Shown: piece after piece, positions 1 to 12,923 of the stretch
Layout: every line of letters begins with the position of its first letter
Position numbering within the stretch: position 1 is the stretch's first letter
Assembly: GCF_021869535.1 (NCBI RefSeq)
Contig: NW_026262668.1
Span: 67,394,001-67,458,000, forward strand
Reading direction: 5' to 3'
Length of the DNA stretch: 64,000 nucleotides
Source of the DNA: Mytilus californianus
Lineage: Eukaryota
Made by a program: the position numbers and the translations under genes
Notes under the pieces: generated by a model
The model's input: the letters and a program-made list of their open reading frames with translations, nothing else
Databases searched by the model: none
Told to the model about the DNA's origin: nothing

Positions 1-1159
1 AACGCTCTGTTTTTTGTTTGTTTCCGTGTTCAAAGTGGAACTTAACTGAATTCGGCTTTACGTCTTTTCTCAAACAGGTCTCGATTAGGCTCCAAGTGAG
101 TCAGTGGAGCTTAACTAAATTCGATCTTACGCCTTTTTTCATACCGGCCTCGATTAGGCTCCTTGTGTGTCAGATATTTTTTTTAGTTTTAAAGTTAAAG
201 TTAGACCAGTTAGTTTAGCCTGGTTTATGACGATCCTGCAGATTCGTATAGCTTAACAAAAAGAGATATTCCTTTTTGTGTACGAGGAATGAAAAGGGTA
301 GACATTTGAGTACGGATGAGTATCAGTCGTTTGCTAATAATATATCAGTGATGTCCTTTAAGGCAAATTAAGATTTGTCCTTTTTAAGGCAAATCTTAAT
401 CAATACATGAACAGACGGCAAATATTTTTCACTTGACTGTTTCCATATCAAATAATCATCTTAAATTTTGTAACTCTGTATAAAGTGTGCCTTGCAAAAA
501 AAAACTCCAAAAACAAAGATATTAGACGGGAAACTGACAGACTTTCAACAATCGGTTCTTACTGTGACGTAATAACATATAAAAAATAAAAGCATTGTGA
601 CATAGTCGTCTTTCGTCCATTTGAGTCAATTAATGTAAAGGATACATTAAACAGACAATATATAAGTATATTGTAATATCATCTTTCTATATCTCTCAAA
701 CAATTATTTATGCAAGTGACCTTCAAATCGACATTCATTTTACAACTGATAAAAACTTTTTTATTGATTTAAACTGTTGATTCTATATAATTGTCCCACT
801 CTCGCAGCAAACAACAAAAGCGTATTGAGGTCGACTTTTTTCTTCAATCAAAGAAGGTGTGGCGGATACGGTATGACCGAACTATGTTATTACTTATTTC
901 TTCAGTTACAACAATGACTGGTATGGATTCTTCCAATGTACATGTATATACAACAGATAATGAAGTTTATTGAATGCTTTCTTTATACAATAAAAAGGTT
1001 GCCTAAGAAATTATAACATAGAGCTTTAAACTTGTAAATAGTTACAGTAAACACATTTATATCTTTAAAAAAAACCTGTCAGTACCATACATGCCATTTG
1101 TTTGGAAGGAATTGTAGCCCAGAAGCAGACTGACACCAGTATTCGATTAAAATACAAAT

Positions 1160-1355
1160 ATGGAAGTGGCTGGAGTTCCACTCTTTTCTTTCATATCCTT
1201 AATTTTAACAGTCGTGGCTGTTATCATCGACATCGTGGGATTTGCAACACCATATTGGTATTATAGGAAAATTGCCGCTTTAAATGATGTAGCATATAAG
1301 GCAGGACTATGGAAGATATGCACGCCAGATTGTATCAACTACGAAAACTCAAAAT
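1160..1355 (+). CDS. Exon 1 of tetraspan gene A (PMP22/EMP/MP20/claudin superfamily, 164 aa)
   Basis: ATG 1160; TM1 (FSFISLILTVVAVIIDIVGFATPYW) followed by the claudin-family GLW-x2-C-x3-C motif (AGLWKICTPDC); donor AAT|GTAAGT at 1356, phase 1. Confidence 0.9.
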
Positions 1356-2823
1356 GTAAGTATATTGCCAACAGACACAAAGAACTTCAAAAATATAGTT
1401 GGTATTTTGTTTTACTTGACTGTTTTCTTCCAATATGATTTTTTTTTAAATCCGAGAACCTCTATTATACTTCATTTTCTAAAATCAATGTTAAAACGGC
1501 GAAAGCGTTTGTAATCACAATAAAGTATGGATAATAGTGTATGTCGTATGAGTTTATGCTACGACGTAAAGCAGTAAGTTGTTCTGTCGGTTAGATGAAT
1601 TAGCATATGGTATCAATTTTCAGAACAATTATTATGTTGATTTTCAGACAATTACTAGTACACTAGTAATATATTTGTTATAACAAAAACTATTTAATAC
1701 AAGCACAGTTACGTCAAATAAATGATTGTTTGAATTTTAGTAAAGGGTAAAGCGAGTTAGTTATTCTTAGGCATTTCAGATTTGTCCTGTTATAGATAAT
1801 CATGCAGTATCTATATATACTGTGGAAGTCTATTTGTTTTATGTTCAAATTATAATGCTTTGTGAGTTAATTTATAGTGTACAAACTTTTGTGTAGAAGA
1901 TTTTGTTGTAGACACAATTAATGTATGTGTATATAATGTAAAATCCATGCTCTGTATTATGAACCAACTCCTCTAAAAAATCTTGAATCAAACACAAAAT
2001 GTGTAGAAAGAACATTCTGATATTTTGAACGTACAACGATCAAAACAAAATTGGATACGCCTTTGTATCCAATCACCTAGTATGAATATTAGTGACGAGA
2101 CAGAATTCCAGAATACTCTACTGCTAGGATAATAAGGCATTCAAAAGTGCTTAGAAAATGCATTTAGTTGTATAATAAAGTGTGCATGAATTACATAGTT
2201 GGCTATTTTTATATTAACAAAGTTGACCTTCGATATGATTGGCTTTTCTTTCAAGACCTCTTTGGGGGATATAATTTCTCTAGTATTCAAGAATTCATAC
2301 ACCCTAGGCTTTATGTTTTTTTAGTTTGAGTGTTCTTAATGAAGGTAAATACAGAAAAACCAAATTATAAAGTTGTATTTTCAATTTTTAAGTGTGCATA
2401 TGGTATATTAAAGTGTGTATATTCGAGTGTGCATACATTTAATTTATATTACTGAATATTATTTTAAATAAAGTGTGAACACATTACTTCATTGACTATT
2501 TTTATATTAAAGTGTGCATATATTACCGACACTCAAACTCAAACTCAAAGTGACATATGTTATTTTAAGAATGAACATGCAAATTACACAAAATATATAC
2601 CAGATTTAACTCATTTTTTTTTTAATTATTGGTTTTCAGTGCTCTTGGACTTCGAAATTACTTTAACCCTTCAACTATTTTGATTCGACTTCGATTGATG
2701 AATCTTGTATAGGCAACATGAGTGTCTGGCACAATAAATGATAAGCAACGTTCCTTTGATGAGTTAAAAGTTTAAACCTTAATTTTTTTTAAAGAATTTT
2801 CAAAATTCTGCACTGAATTTCAG

Positions 2824-2967
2824 CATGGCAAGAAGCAGTACAAGCAATGGAGGTTCTTGGTTTTATTTGTTTACTTGCTGCGCTTGTAGTGTTGATACTA
2901 AAGTTGTTTGTTATGAAGGACAAACAGATGCTGAAATGGGTTGTCGTAGGATCCCTAGTTGGTGCAG
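2824..2967 (+). CDS. Exon 2 of tetraspan gene A
   Basis: Acceptor TTTCAG|, 144 nt, phase 1/1, encodes (S)WQEAVQAMEVLGFICLLAALVVLILKLFVMKDKQMLKWVVVGSLVGA; donor CAG|GTAAGA; same size as and 34/48 aa identical to exon 20073-20216. Confidence 0.9.
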
Positions 2968-2979
2968 GTAAGAATAGAA

Positions 2980-3735
2980 ATTATCCCCGGCTTAGTATAT
3001 TTCTAGGATTCTGATTGGTTAACGCACGTCGTTACAAAACCCATAGCCCCTGGGTGTTGCTAACCCATATAACCGGGCGTTGCTACCCATTACGCCGGGG
3101 AATTTCACGCGCGTTTTCCGTAGTTCCATGGTTGTTCCTTGTGAAATATCGATTTTTGTAGATTAATATATCCATGATGTCTGTAATTTTAAAATATGTA
3201 ATTAACTAACGATTTTACCTTTTATGTCGATCATTTGCACTCATTTTAGTAAATGCATCACTTGGCTGACACATTGTCAATGAATGGGACTACTAACCTA
3301 GCTATGCAAATGACCCATGTTGACGTCACACCGTCTATGATGTAACTCTAACAACATTGAGCGCCAAATTCGACCCCTTCCCGTTTCCCTGTATCTGGAT
3401 TACAAACGTCTTATATCTGACTACATGTAGGGTTCTACCAAAGGTAGTACCCTACACCCCGTTAAAAATATGTCAAATTCCCAAAGTTCAATAAAAGATT
3501 TTTTAAAAATGAAAAAAACGTTGCTTTCACGTTACACTTTGTGGTCGAATTTCTCTAAAAATCGCCAGATTTGGACTAAGACCGGGGATAAATTCGTTAT
3601 CTACGTTCATATCCTTGGATATTGATATTTAAACACCCTTCAGTACCCTGTACACCCTTCGGCTTCGCCTCAGGATGTACTTGGATACTTCAGGGTGTAA
3701 AAATATCCATATCTACGGATATGAACGTAGATAAC
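2980..3735. mobile_element. CryptonV-like non-autonomous element
   Basis: AATTATCCCCGGCTTAGT (2980) inverted at about 3575-3594; 3' hairpin TTATCTACGTTCATATCC...GGATATGAACGTAGATAA around CCTTCGGCTTCGCCTC. Confidence 0.55.
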
Positions 3736-4189
3736 TTATACACTTTGTATTTTCCTCGTAAATATGAAACATAGAATTTGCATGCACAAATACTATGAAT
3801 GCAGTGTACTCGATTTCTTTGGGCCGCGATAATTCTATTCTGACGATTTGCTGTGTTTTGTAAACACAGTGTATATTTAGTGGACGCAAATCGCGAAAAA
3901 GACATCAAAACAAATGATATCTTGCTAGTTTGCTAATAAATGAACATGTCGTTTCTCTATTGGAACTGTACACGTATACCTAATAACAAAATTATTTTCA
4001 TTTACATGTGTTTAAAGTTATTGCAAATGGCTGATATTTTTGTTCGAGCATATTGTTTTTCTTAAATTGTTTAACATTTCATACCGATATAACATGTTAC
4101 TTTTATTATTCTTCCCTTAGTTTATTTATTTTGTATTTACATTGTATCATAGGTCAAATTTATTTGTTCAGTGTATGTTCACTGGTGTT

Positions 4190-5642
4190 AATATGTCCTT
4201 TGATTGAGTTAAGCTATTTCAGTTGATATTTTATAGTGTATCTTTCTATGTTGGGATGTTACAATATTGTTTCAGAAAAAGGGTGAAGGTTTGGTACCAT
4301 TAAAACGTTTAAACCCGCTGCATTTGTTTGCACCTGTCCTAAGTCAGGAATCTGATGTTCAGTAGTTGTCGTTTGTTGATGTGGTTCATAAGTGTTTCTC
4401 GTTTCTCGTTTTTGTCGAGCCTTCGACTTTTGTCGAAAAAGCGAGACATAGCGATCCTACATTCCGTCGGCGTCGTCGTCGTCGTCGTCGTCGTCGGCGG
4501 CGTCCACAAATATTCACTCTATGGTTAAAGTTTTTGAAAATTTAATAACTTTCTTAAACTATCCTGGATTTCTACCAAACTTGGACAGAGGCTTGTTTAT
4601 GATCATAAGATAGTATCCAGAAGTAAATTTTGTAAAATAAAATTCCAGTTTTTCCGTATTTTACTTATAAATGGACTTAGTTTTTCTGCCAGGAAACATT
4701 ACATTCACTCTGTGGTTAAAGTTTTTAAAATTTTAATAACTTTCTTAAACTATCCTGAATTTGTACCAAACTTGGACAGAAGCTTGTTTATGATCATAAG
4801 ATAGTATCTAGAAGTAAATTTTGTAAAAAAAAAAAAAAAAATCCGTATTTTACTTATAAATGGACTTAGTTTTTCTGCCAGGAAACATTACATTCACTCT
4901 GTGGTTAAAGTTTTAAAAATTTTGATAACTTTCTTAAACTATCCTGGATTTGTACCAAACTTGGACAGAAGCTTGTTTATGATCAAAAGCTAGTATCTAG
5001 AAGGAAATTTTGTAAAAACTTATTTCCCGTTTTCCGTATATTACTTATAAATGGACTTAGTTTTTCTTCCAGTTAACATTACATACAGTCTGCAGTTAAA
5101 GTTTTTAAAACATTTATTAGATTCATAAACCATCCTTGATTTTTACCAAACTTGGACAGAAGCTTTTTACAATCAAAACATAGTATCTAGAGGAAAATGT
5201 AAAAATTATCTTCTTTATCATTTGTTCATTCAATAAATTTATGTTTCAACTCTTTTATAAATCTATAGATTTGATTGCATACTGTATTCATTTTTTACAA
5301 GCATAACTTTTTTCATACATTTCAAACCTTTATTTCATTAACTGTAAATCTTTTATGTGCATTCCCCTATCACACTGAAGACATAGACAACAGCAAAAGT
5401 AGGCGAGACACTGGGTTCCGCGGAACCCTTACGAATTTTTATATAGATTAGACCGTTGGTTTTTCCGTTTGAATGGTTTTACACTAGTTATTTTTGGGGC
5501 CCTTTATAGCTTACTGTTTGGTGTGAGCCAAGGCTCCGTGTTGAAGACCGTACTGTGACCTATAATGGTTTACTTTTGTAAATTTTGACTTGGATGGAGA
5601 GTTGTCTCATTGGCACTCATACCATATCTTCTTATATCTATG
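4190..5642 (+). repeat. Interspersed repeat (retroelement-3'-end-like) split by the insertion at 4411-5437
   Basis: The two halves rejoin as CTCGTTTT|TATATAGATTAGACCG; ends in GAGAGTTGTCTCATTGGCACTCATACCA, a motif recurring inverted at about 55080 and 59540. Confidence 0.6.
4411..5437 (+). mobile_element. Helentron-type non-autonomous element with internal array of about 190-bp units
   Basis: 5' TGTCGAGCCT / 3' AGGCGAGACA imperfect subterminal IR, (GTC)n microsatellite, 3.5 units (starts about 4512, 4702, 4891, 5082), 3' hairpin GGGTTCCGCGGAACCC, inserted in a T run without TSD. Confidence 0.8.
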
Positions 5643-6471
5643 ACACCAAAAGACGATGTACTCAAACGTTGCATTAGTGTAATTGTTCACCACTGTTTGG
5701 GTAGTAAATGGCTATATGCAGCGAAATTGGCTTCCAATAGTTCTGATATAATGATCTGAATAATTAGAAATCATTTGTTGTTCTGATTGGTTTCAAGCGC
5801 CTCCTGTAGTAAAAAAATGGCAGGTTCTTTTTCGATAGACCTCCTGAAATCGGACTACTTTCGTAGCCTATATAAACAACAACGCGATTTTGAAAACATT
5901 ATATACAATCTACGGTTGATAAAATGAAGCGTAACCAAGTATGATAAGAATCAATCAGATTATTTTCGGAATTTATTGATGTATACACTGGACCAAATCA
6001 CTCACTAACTTTTATTGTATAAAAATTGTTTGGACTTTTATTCGTTTTGGAGTGCGTTGCTATAGGTTACACCCTATTGAACTCCAAAAATGTGTTCAAT
6101 CTGTTTATAAAAGTATGTTCAAGTATATCAAGAAATTAAATTTAAAGACAAATTTTATGAGGGAACAGTAACTGTTAAACAGTTACTGTTACATGACTTG
6201 ATTTTGTTTACCATGGACTACATTTTATCTTGTATATAACAATACATTCAAATACAATCACCATTTGTCGACTATATCTTTGAATGCATGCATTTTTTAC
6301 TGATTTACATGTACCTGTAAACGGCTGTTGACCAAGAAATCATTCCCTTTCTACGTCAAATGGCAAGGTTCACTTTAGGCCAAATATGTCCCTGAATTTC
6401 AACTTTATCATAAAATTTCACAATGGCCATAATTTGGTTCTTAAATGGATCTATTTCAAAAGCCTTACTTC

Positions 6472-7380
6472 TTTTATGGCCCCGCAACAAAGTTGTCGGG
6501 GCCATATAGTTTTACCCTTGTCCGTCATTCCGTCATTCTGTCATTCCGTCATTCAGTCATTCTGTCATTCCGTCATTCCGCAACAAACCATTATACGGAC
6601 TTTTTTTCTAAACGCCTTCAGATATTGGGCTGATTTTTGATATGTGAGTTAACCATGATGAGTTACAGATCAAGTTTAAGTTTTGTTCCGCTCTGCTAGT
6701 TTTTGCCGAGATTACGTGCTTTTGACTTTGATAAATTGTTGAAAATCACAGTTATATAGACTTTTCTTCTAAACGCCTTTAGATATTTGGCTGATTTTTG
6801 GTACGTGAGTTAACCGTGATGAGTTACAGATCAAGTTTAAGTTTCGTTCCGCTCTGCTAATTTTTGCCGAAATTACGGGCTTTGGACTTTAATAAATTGT
6901 TGAAAATCAAAGTTATACGGATTTTTTTTCTAAACACCTTCAGCTATTGGGTTGATTTTTGGTATGTGAGTTAACTATGATGTGTTACAGATCAAGTTTA
7001 AGTTTGGTTCTGCTCTGCTGATTTTTGCCGTAAATTACGGGTTTTGGACTTTGAAAATTGTTGAAAATCACAGTTATACGGACTTTTTTTTCTATACGAC
7101 TTCAGATTCTACCATGATGAGCTACAGATCAAGTTTATGTTTCGTTCCGCTATGCTGATTTTCATGTCGTCCCAACACATCTTCAGTACATCCACTACCT
7201 GTTTGCATATAGTTTGAAATTTAACTACTCATTGATCAAGGAAATTTTTCATCAAACTAGTATTGGTCTTGAGAGCTGGATACTATCCATGCATGTTTGT
7301 GTCCACATGTGTTGTTAAAATTGCAGATTTAAAAACTTTTTGAGACGGGGCCATTCGTGTCGTTCCGACACATCTAGTTT
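6472..7380 (+). mobile_element. Helentron-type non-autonomous element with 161-bp internal satellite
   Basis: Subterminal IR ATGGCCCCG (6476) / CGGGGCCAT (7346), (GTCATTCC)n-type microsatellite, units at 6591, 6752, 6913, 7074, 3' hairpin GTGTCG-TTC-CGACAC. Confidence 0.85.
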
Positions 7381-8719
7381 AAAATAAATCTCTTCATAAG
7401 AGTGCATTCTTGGCTTCAAAATCAGCACATTTTGGATATATTGTCAAAATTCGATGATTTTGTGCATTTTTTTGGATTGAACCTTAAAGCTTAAGGAAGC
7501 CCTTGGCCGCAATCTGGGATCCGAAATGTTCTATAACCAAAAATAGCCAATGATGATATTAAATCCCTAGACTCAAGATATTTCTGGATCATGGGTGGCG
7601 GCCAAAGTGAATTATGCTAAAATCTGTTAAGAATTATTGAAAACTTGACCAAAACTGACGTTACAACACAAATAAGGCGTACTTGTCATTTTTAATGTGA
7701 TGTGCCAAAATGAAGTAATTTTGTATTAATAGTAATATCACAACTATTTCTTTATAGAATCTGTAGTATTTGGGCCTGATTAAAAACAAATCAAAATCTT
7801 ACTAGGGCCAATTTTAATCCTTCGTGAACTTTCTCCTTTTATAGCTTCAGATAATAAAAAAAATAGTCGCACATATACATTTGTTTTACACACTTTAATT
7901 AACTTTTTTTTATAAAATCTAGAAAACGGTGTAAGGACAACTAATCTGCATGTGCAGAAAACTGACTTGTACAAATTCTCTCTCCATACGAAGCACTTCT
8001 CCTGCAGAAATATCTAAGAGGAAGTCTGAAACAAGTTTGCCTCTCGGATTCAGACTCAGTCATCATTTGGACAGCTAAGAAAACCGATAAATTTAAGGGA
8101 AAGATTTAATGATCTTTTTATTGAGTTCTTGTCTTATGGAATTATATAGAGGTAATCCCATAACAGTGTGCACAACCGTAATACTTATGTTTTTAATAAT
8201 ACTGAATCATTTACTTTTAACTTGTTTGTCACCGGCTATCGATTACAATGAATCTACGCTCACTCGGTCTGTCAGAGGCCTTCCAGTGGGGATTTAAATT
8301 ATCACTTTTTCACATTTCGATACATAAAATTAAACTTTCTTTCAACAAAATTTAAAAGGAATTTGTTTTATCATCACACCCAACAGTTTTACTTATAACA
8401 TTAAATGTGCAGAGCTAATATCATTAAATTATAGAAAAATACTAGTATATCAAATGTAAAATATGTCGATTTTTATTAGAAAAAAAAACTTCAAGTTTAT
8501 TGGGCTATTTCATAAAAAAATATCTTACATAGAAAAAAATATTTCCACGTTGGGAACATTTAAGAATAACCTACCGTTTTTCAATTATTAGGTTTTTTTG
8601 TGAAAAGAGCTCAGGATAATGAAAGAAAAAATGTCTTCCTATTAGACATTTGCGGAAACTATGTCTATACCTAGGGTTACACTTATACTTACGATTACAG
8701 TTGACGAAAAACAAGGGGT

Positions 8720-9820
8720 CCTCTCAAAATAAGAAAATAAACCCAATTGAGATAGATATAGTAAAATGAAATGATATTTTTTTTATCATGTAAATAAGTC
8801 TTTTCGACGACACACAAATGCAGAAACTTATGGTCACAACAGATATGAATCGCCACAAAGTCCCCATAACATTGTGTGTGTTTTTTTTTAATTCTCCGAA
8901 TGCGTGTTCCACCTCTACTCTATAGTGTGTAATATGTCTATTTAATTTTCTACACTTCCTCTGCATAATCTTGGGTTTGTCTCATGTCAGGTGTCAATAC
9001 TGGATATCTGTTCGGATATATTTTGTCGTCTAGCAAAAACAGCTCGGTCGTGAAAGGTAATTCTTGTCCTATATTTCTTATCAACATATATTGCTGATGC
9101 CAAAGAAATCCGCACTCAACATAACATTTCCTGTCTTTGTTCAATATTACAAATTAAGTGTGAATGCAGTGACAATGTCTGTGTCCTGGAAAATACTATT
9201 CTAAGACTTTTAGTTCCGTTATCGGCCACAAACTTTCCGTCGATAGCTCTACTGCAAACGGAAGTTTTGACCACCCACCTTGTAAGTTCTGCCAATCATC
9301 CAGTGAAAGGACGCCAATAGATAAGACGGTTATATGTTTCTTGAAATAGGTATACATGTATGTGGTTTTTTTTTCTTTTATAGTCGAAACACTAAGGTCA
9401 ACTATTTCAGAAATCAGATGACAAGACGGGTAACCATAACATAAAAGAAGAATTCTGTTTCCCGGGGAAAGCTTATGGTCCCGACCGGTTCTCTGTCTGA
9501 AGAGACCATTAACATCGGCTACAATTTAAAGTAACGTTTCAGGAGTTTCACATGTTAAAAGAATATCGTTTGCTTGCAAAACAAGTGATCACATTTCCCT
9601 ATTCCAAAAGTATACATCATTGCCTATAATATTTCCTGATTATAAAAGATTGGTTTGTCGTTGGTCAAGCTAGGACTACCAGTGTTAGAATCAGATGGCG
9701 AATGAGATGTATACCTTACATCTGGTGGAGTCTGCATCAGGGCAGGTAGTGCTGTCATGGTTAATCTGTGTTCTTCGCCCATAACGGGGAAAAATAAAAT
9801 AAATGCACTAAATACAATTA
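8720..9820 (-). pseudogene. PIF/Harbinger (DDE_Tnp_4-type) transposase pseudogene
   Basis: Frameshifted motifs in order: HTH-like KLSPGNRILL..YPSCHL..SVSTI; LPFAV(G)AIDG; GHRHCHCIHT; LLDDKIYPNRYP; RVEVEHAFGELK. Confidence 0.8.
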
Positions 9821-11003
9821 TCATTTATTCATTTTTCCGTATTAATAGTTCCACTCGCTTTACAAAAGCGGGCGATATATAGTAATTGGAAGTCGTACAT
9901 CTTTTATACGATTACACTTTTGTATCCGCAAATGCTCCTTAACCGACTTAAATTACGTGTGATTTTTTTTAACAATAACGTTTAAATCTTTCCAAATAAT
10001 GTAAACGGTATTTTTCTACTGTTTTTGACGTTAATGATTCATGTAGTTAATATCACGTTGGCGATTTTTTTAAAATATCAGCTTATAATCTATTCCTAAT
10101 GAAAATTTTTAATATGAAAATATCTCGTTATAAATGATGTGTGATGTGTTTGATTAAGATTCGGATCCAATCAATATTCGTGTGCATTCAAATATCTTTA
10201 AAAGCAAAGATCATTGAAGTCAAGAATGATGTTATATAGTTTCATTTAATAACATATAACTACTTTATTTCTAAAGAAATAAAAAAAAATCCTCGTTTAA
10301 AAAAATGTTTGACTTGCATTAAATCTAAAATAGGGTTCACAGACATCCGTGTACTTTAAAAGACAACTTGAGTGTTTTAAGAATATTTAAACGAAGTTCC
10401 TGACAGTCTATATTTTGAAATTCTTGATTTAATTTAAAATGTAATGCGTGTATATGTTTAATGCGGCTTAAGTTACTTTTTTTTTAAACGAGGAAACGAT
10501 GCAAAGGGGCATTTAGAACCCATAAGTCGAAGAAAAAAGACTCCACCATGGTCAAAAGAAAAACGACGAAAATACGAACAAAAGTTCACAAAAACTCCAC
10601 AAAGAAATATACATGTAGAGTTCATTTCTCCATGATAAAAAAATCAACTGATTTTGACGAATCATAGTATATGTTTTCCAATTAGAAAGGTAAAGTTTAA
10701 ATAATTAAGACTTCTGATAAATAAGGATAATTTGACAACCCACAATATAAATTGAATCAAGTTGTCGCTAATGATAGTCGAAAATTAACATTTGGTGCCT
10801 GACGGTAAAAGGCGTTTCAACCATCTTGAAATATTTCTAGGATCACTTATTACAACACGGGCCCGTATATGTAAAGACGAATATATATATCTGCTTTATA
10901 TTTTCATTGCATTGAAAGATATTTGTTGTTTTATTTTTCTTAATTGATCTCGTTAGGCCGTCATAACTGACAAGTTATCACAGCAAGCTAAGATGGTCAG
11001 TTT

Positions 11004-11029
11004 GGGGGGGGGGGGGGGGGGGGGGGGGG
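11004..11029 (+). repeat. Poly-G tract (26 nt)
   Basis: Direct count. Confidence 0.9.
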
Positions 11030-11109
11030 ACTGAGAAGAACAAAATCTAGACAAAACAAACAAAAATCATATTAAACGTAAAAACCACGAAGAGCCGCTG
11101 GTCTGACAA

Positions 11110-11236
11110 GTGTTTCAAACTGGTCCGTGTTGTCTTTCAAACTGGTCCGAGCTGTCTATAAAAGTGGTCCGAGTTGTCTTTAAATTGGCCCGAGTTGTCA
11201 TAGTCCGATTTGCCTTTGGGTCAGAGTTGTCCAGAT
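11110..11236 (+). repeat. Six copies of GGTCCGAGTTGTC with short variable spacers
   Basis: Directly visible; resembles a subterminal motif array of a DNA transposon. Confidence 0.65.
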
Positions 11237-11981
11237 TCCACCTGAAGCTGCCAAGATGCCATTTTTTATCAATATTTCTTTGAAATCCCGTTGTTCAACT
11301 ATAGAAAAACATCATAGGAGTTAGTCTTGGTTTTGAACCGACGGTTTATATTTACACTTTGAAACGACCCAAGATTTAAATGTAATTGTAATCCTAATCG
11401 TAGGTGTATGACAGTTTCCGCAAATGTCTATTTTTCGCATGGCACATCATTTGAATCGTTCAATCATTTAGAAGACTCGTACAGTCAGTTTTCTTTGGAT
11501 ATTCAAGCATATTAGACTATTCAATTGTCTCTATCTAAGTATATTTCTAAAGGTATATCTGAATAACTAAAATACTTTTCTATTTGTATAATGCTTTATG
11601 TAAAGTGGAAACTGGTACAGTTTTTTAGTAGCAAAAACAGAAATTAGAAATGAATAGATAAATTAAAAAACAAAAGAAGTAACAAATTAACAAAAAGAAA
11701 CCCTATTATTAGTCCATTTTACGGAATTTGACAATCGCTTTCCCGATTTTACTGGATTACTGAAAAGTTCATGTGACTCCCGTATTCGGAACCGGGATGC
11801 TTCACTTATTTGTCTTTTGAGTTTTTATGTCTTTGTCTATAGACGGATTTATTCAATTGTCGCCCTTTGATAAGATAACTACCGCTTGCGCGTCACGATA
11901 GCAGTCCGCCATTGCACTAGTGAAAGAAATTGTAAACAAAGCGAATCAGTGCGTAAAAATTGTTGGATTATTACCTGTATT

Positions 11982-12782
11982 ATGACTACTCAGATGAAAA
12001 GATCAATGCCCTCAGAATTAAATAACGCAACGGAGTGGATTGACGACATGAGAAAGTGGCCAAACATCATGTACGGGGACATTTTTAATTATTTGATATC
12101 GTCAAAAGCCGTGGATGGTGCAGAAATGAAAAACTTTAAAAGTCTCCAAAGCTACAACTATTTTCAGAGCGGCAATGTTGACAAAGTTTTGCATAACATT
12201 CTCTCGGATGGCAGAATGTATTTGAAAGCAGACGTTCGCGCTTCCCAGACAGTAAGTAGGGTGAACGAAGCCTATGTAATTTGCTCTATGGACGGAACCG
12301 TTGAACAAGGATGGTGTACTTGTATGGCAGGACAAGGGCTATCCTGTAGCCATGTAGGTGCAGTGCTTTGGAAGGTTGAACATGCAGTCAGGAATAACAT
12401 GACTGGTGCTAGCTGTACAGATGACAATGCCATGTGGAACAGAGGTACCAAGAGAAACATTGAGTCAAGGCCTTTGTCAAACATAGTGTTCAAAAAACCA
12501 AAGCAGGGTGAAAATTTACTAGAAGATTTCAATGTAAATGCTCCAGGTGTTCGTGACACACCAATGTATTGTTCTTCCCAAGAACTTAGAACAGCTGTAG
12601 AACAGTCTCCCATTCTCCCCTTGTCCAAACTAAAAGGAACAACAATTAATAAAAGTTTCGTCAGCAAACCAGCCGTTAAGGAGAACATTCCTAAAGACCA
12701 TGGTGAACATGACTCATTAAGTTCTTGTCAAAGGTGCTCATCCTTTTATTCTAAATATCTTGCTGTCGACTTGGCCCGTTAA
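11982..12782 (+). CDS. SWIM zinc-finger ORF of the ISL2EU-like element (C-terminally truncated, 266 aa from the first ATG)
   Basis: WPNIMYGDIFNYL, KSLQSYNYFQSG and CTCMAGQGLSCSHVGAVLW (CxC-xn-CxH SWIM) motifs; uninterrupted ORF. Confidence 0.75.
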   Translation: MTTQMKRSMPSELNNATEWIDDMRKWPNIMYGDIFNYLISSKAVDGAEMKNFKSLQSYNYFQSGNVDKVLHNILSDGRMYLKADVRASQTVSRVNEAYVICSMDGTVEQGWCTCMAGQGLSCSHVGAVLWKVEHAVRNNMTGASCTDDNAMWNRGTKRNIESRPLSNIVFKKPKQGENLLEDFNVNAPGVRDTPMYCSSQELRTAVEQSPILPLSKLKGTTINKSFVSKPAVKENIPKDHGEHDSLSSCQRCSSFYSKYLAVDLAR

Positions 12783-12923
12783 ACACGCACAGTCTTCGTG
12801 AAATTGTCCGTGTATTTCACACATTGATTCTTTCCATAAATTTAATTTTCGACGGTTATTAGAGCAACCATTGACTGCACAAGAACTTCCACCACCTTTT
12901 TTATATTTTTTCCCACTATCCAT
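12780..12923 (-). pseudogene. THAP-domain N-terminus of a truncated transposase
   Basis: MDSGKKYKKGGGSSCAVNGCSNNRRKL..W...C..H......CAC; homology breaks at the deletion junction. Confidence 0.65.

Noticed and set aside
1356-1438. ORF-track extensions past splice donors (also 18356-18363, 20217-20242, 39496-39506)
   Set aside because: These are intronic read-through; homology between paralogues stops exactly at the GT donors.
2640-2735. Hammerhead ribozyme-like motif (also about 2335 and 52255)
   Set aside because: The CUGANGA and GAAA cores and stem II are mutated (e.g. TTGATGAATCTTGTATAGGCAAC); at most a dead remnant.
12272-12688. 138-aa and 77-aa minus-strand ORFs
   Set aside because: Antisense shadows of the SWIM ORF. 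The same applies to 33420-33941 over the BEL protease and 49281-49514.
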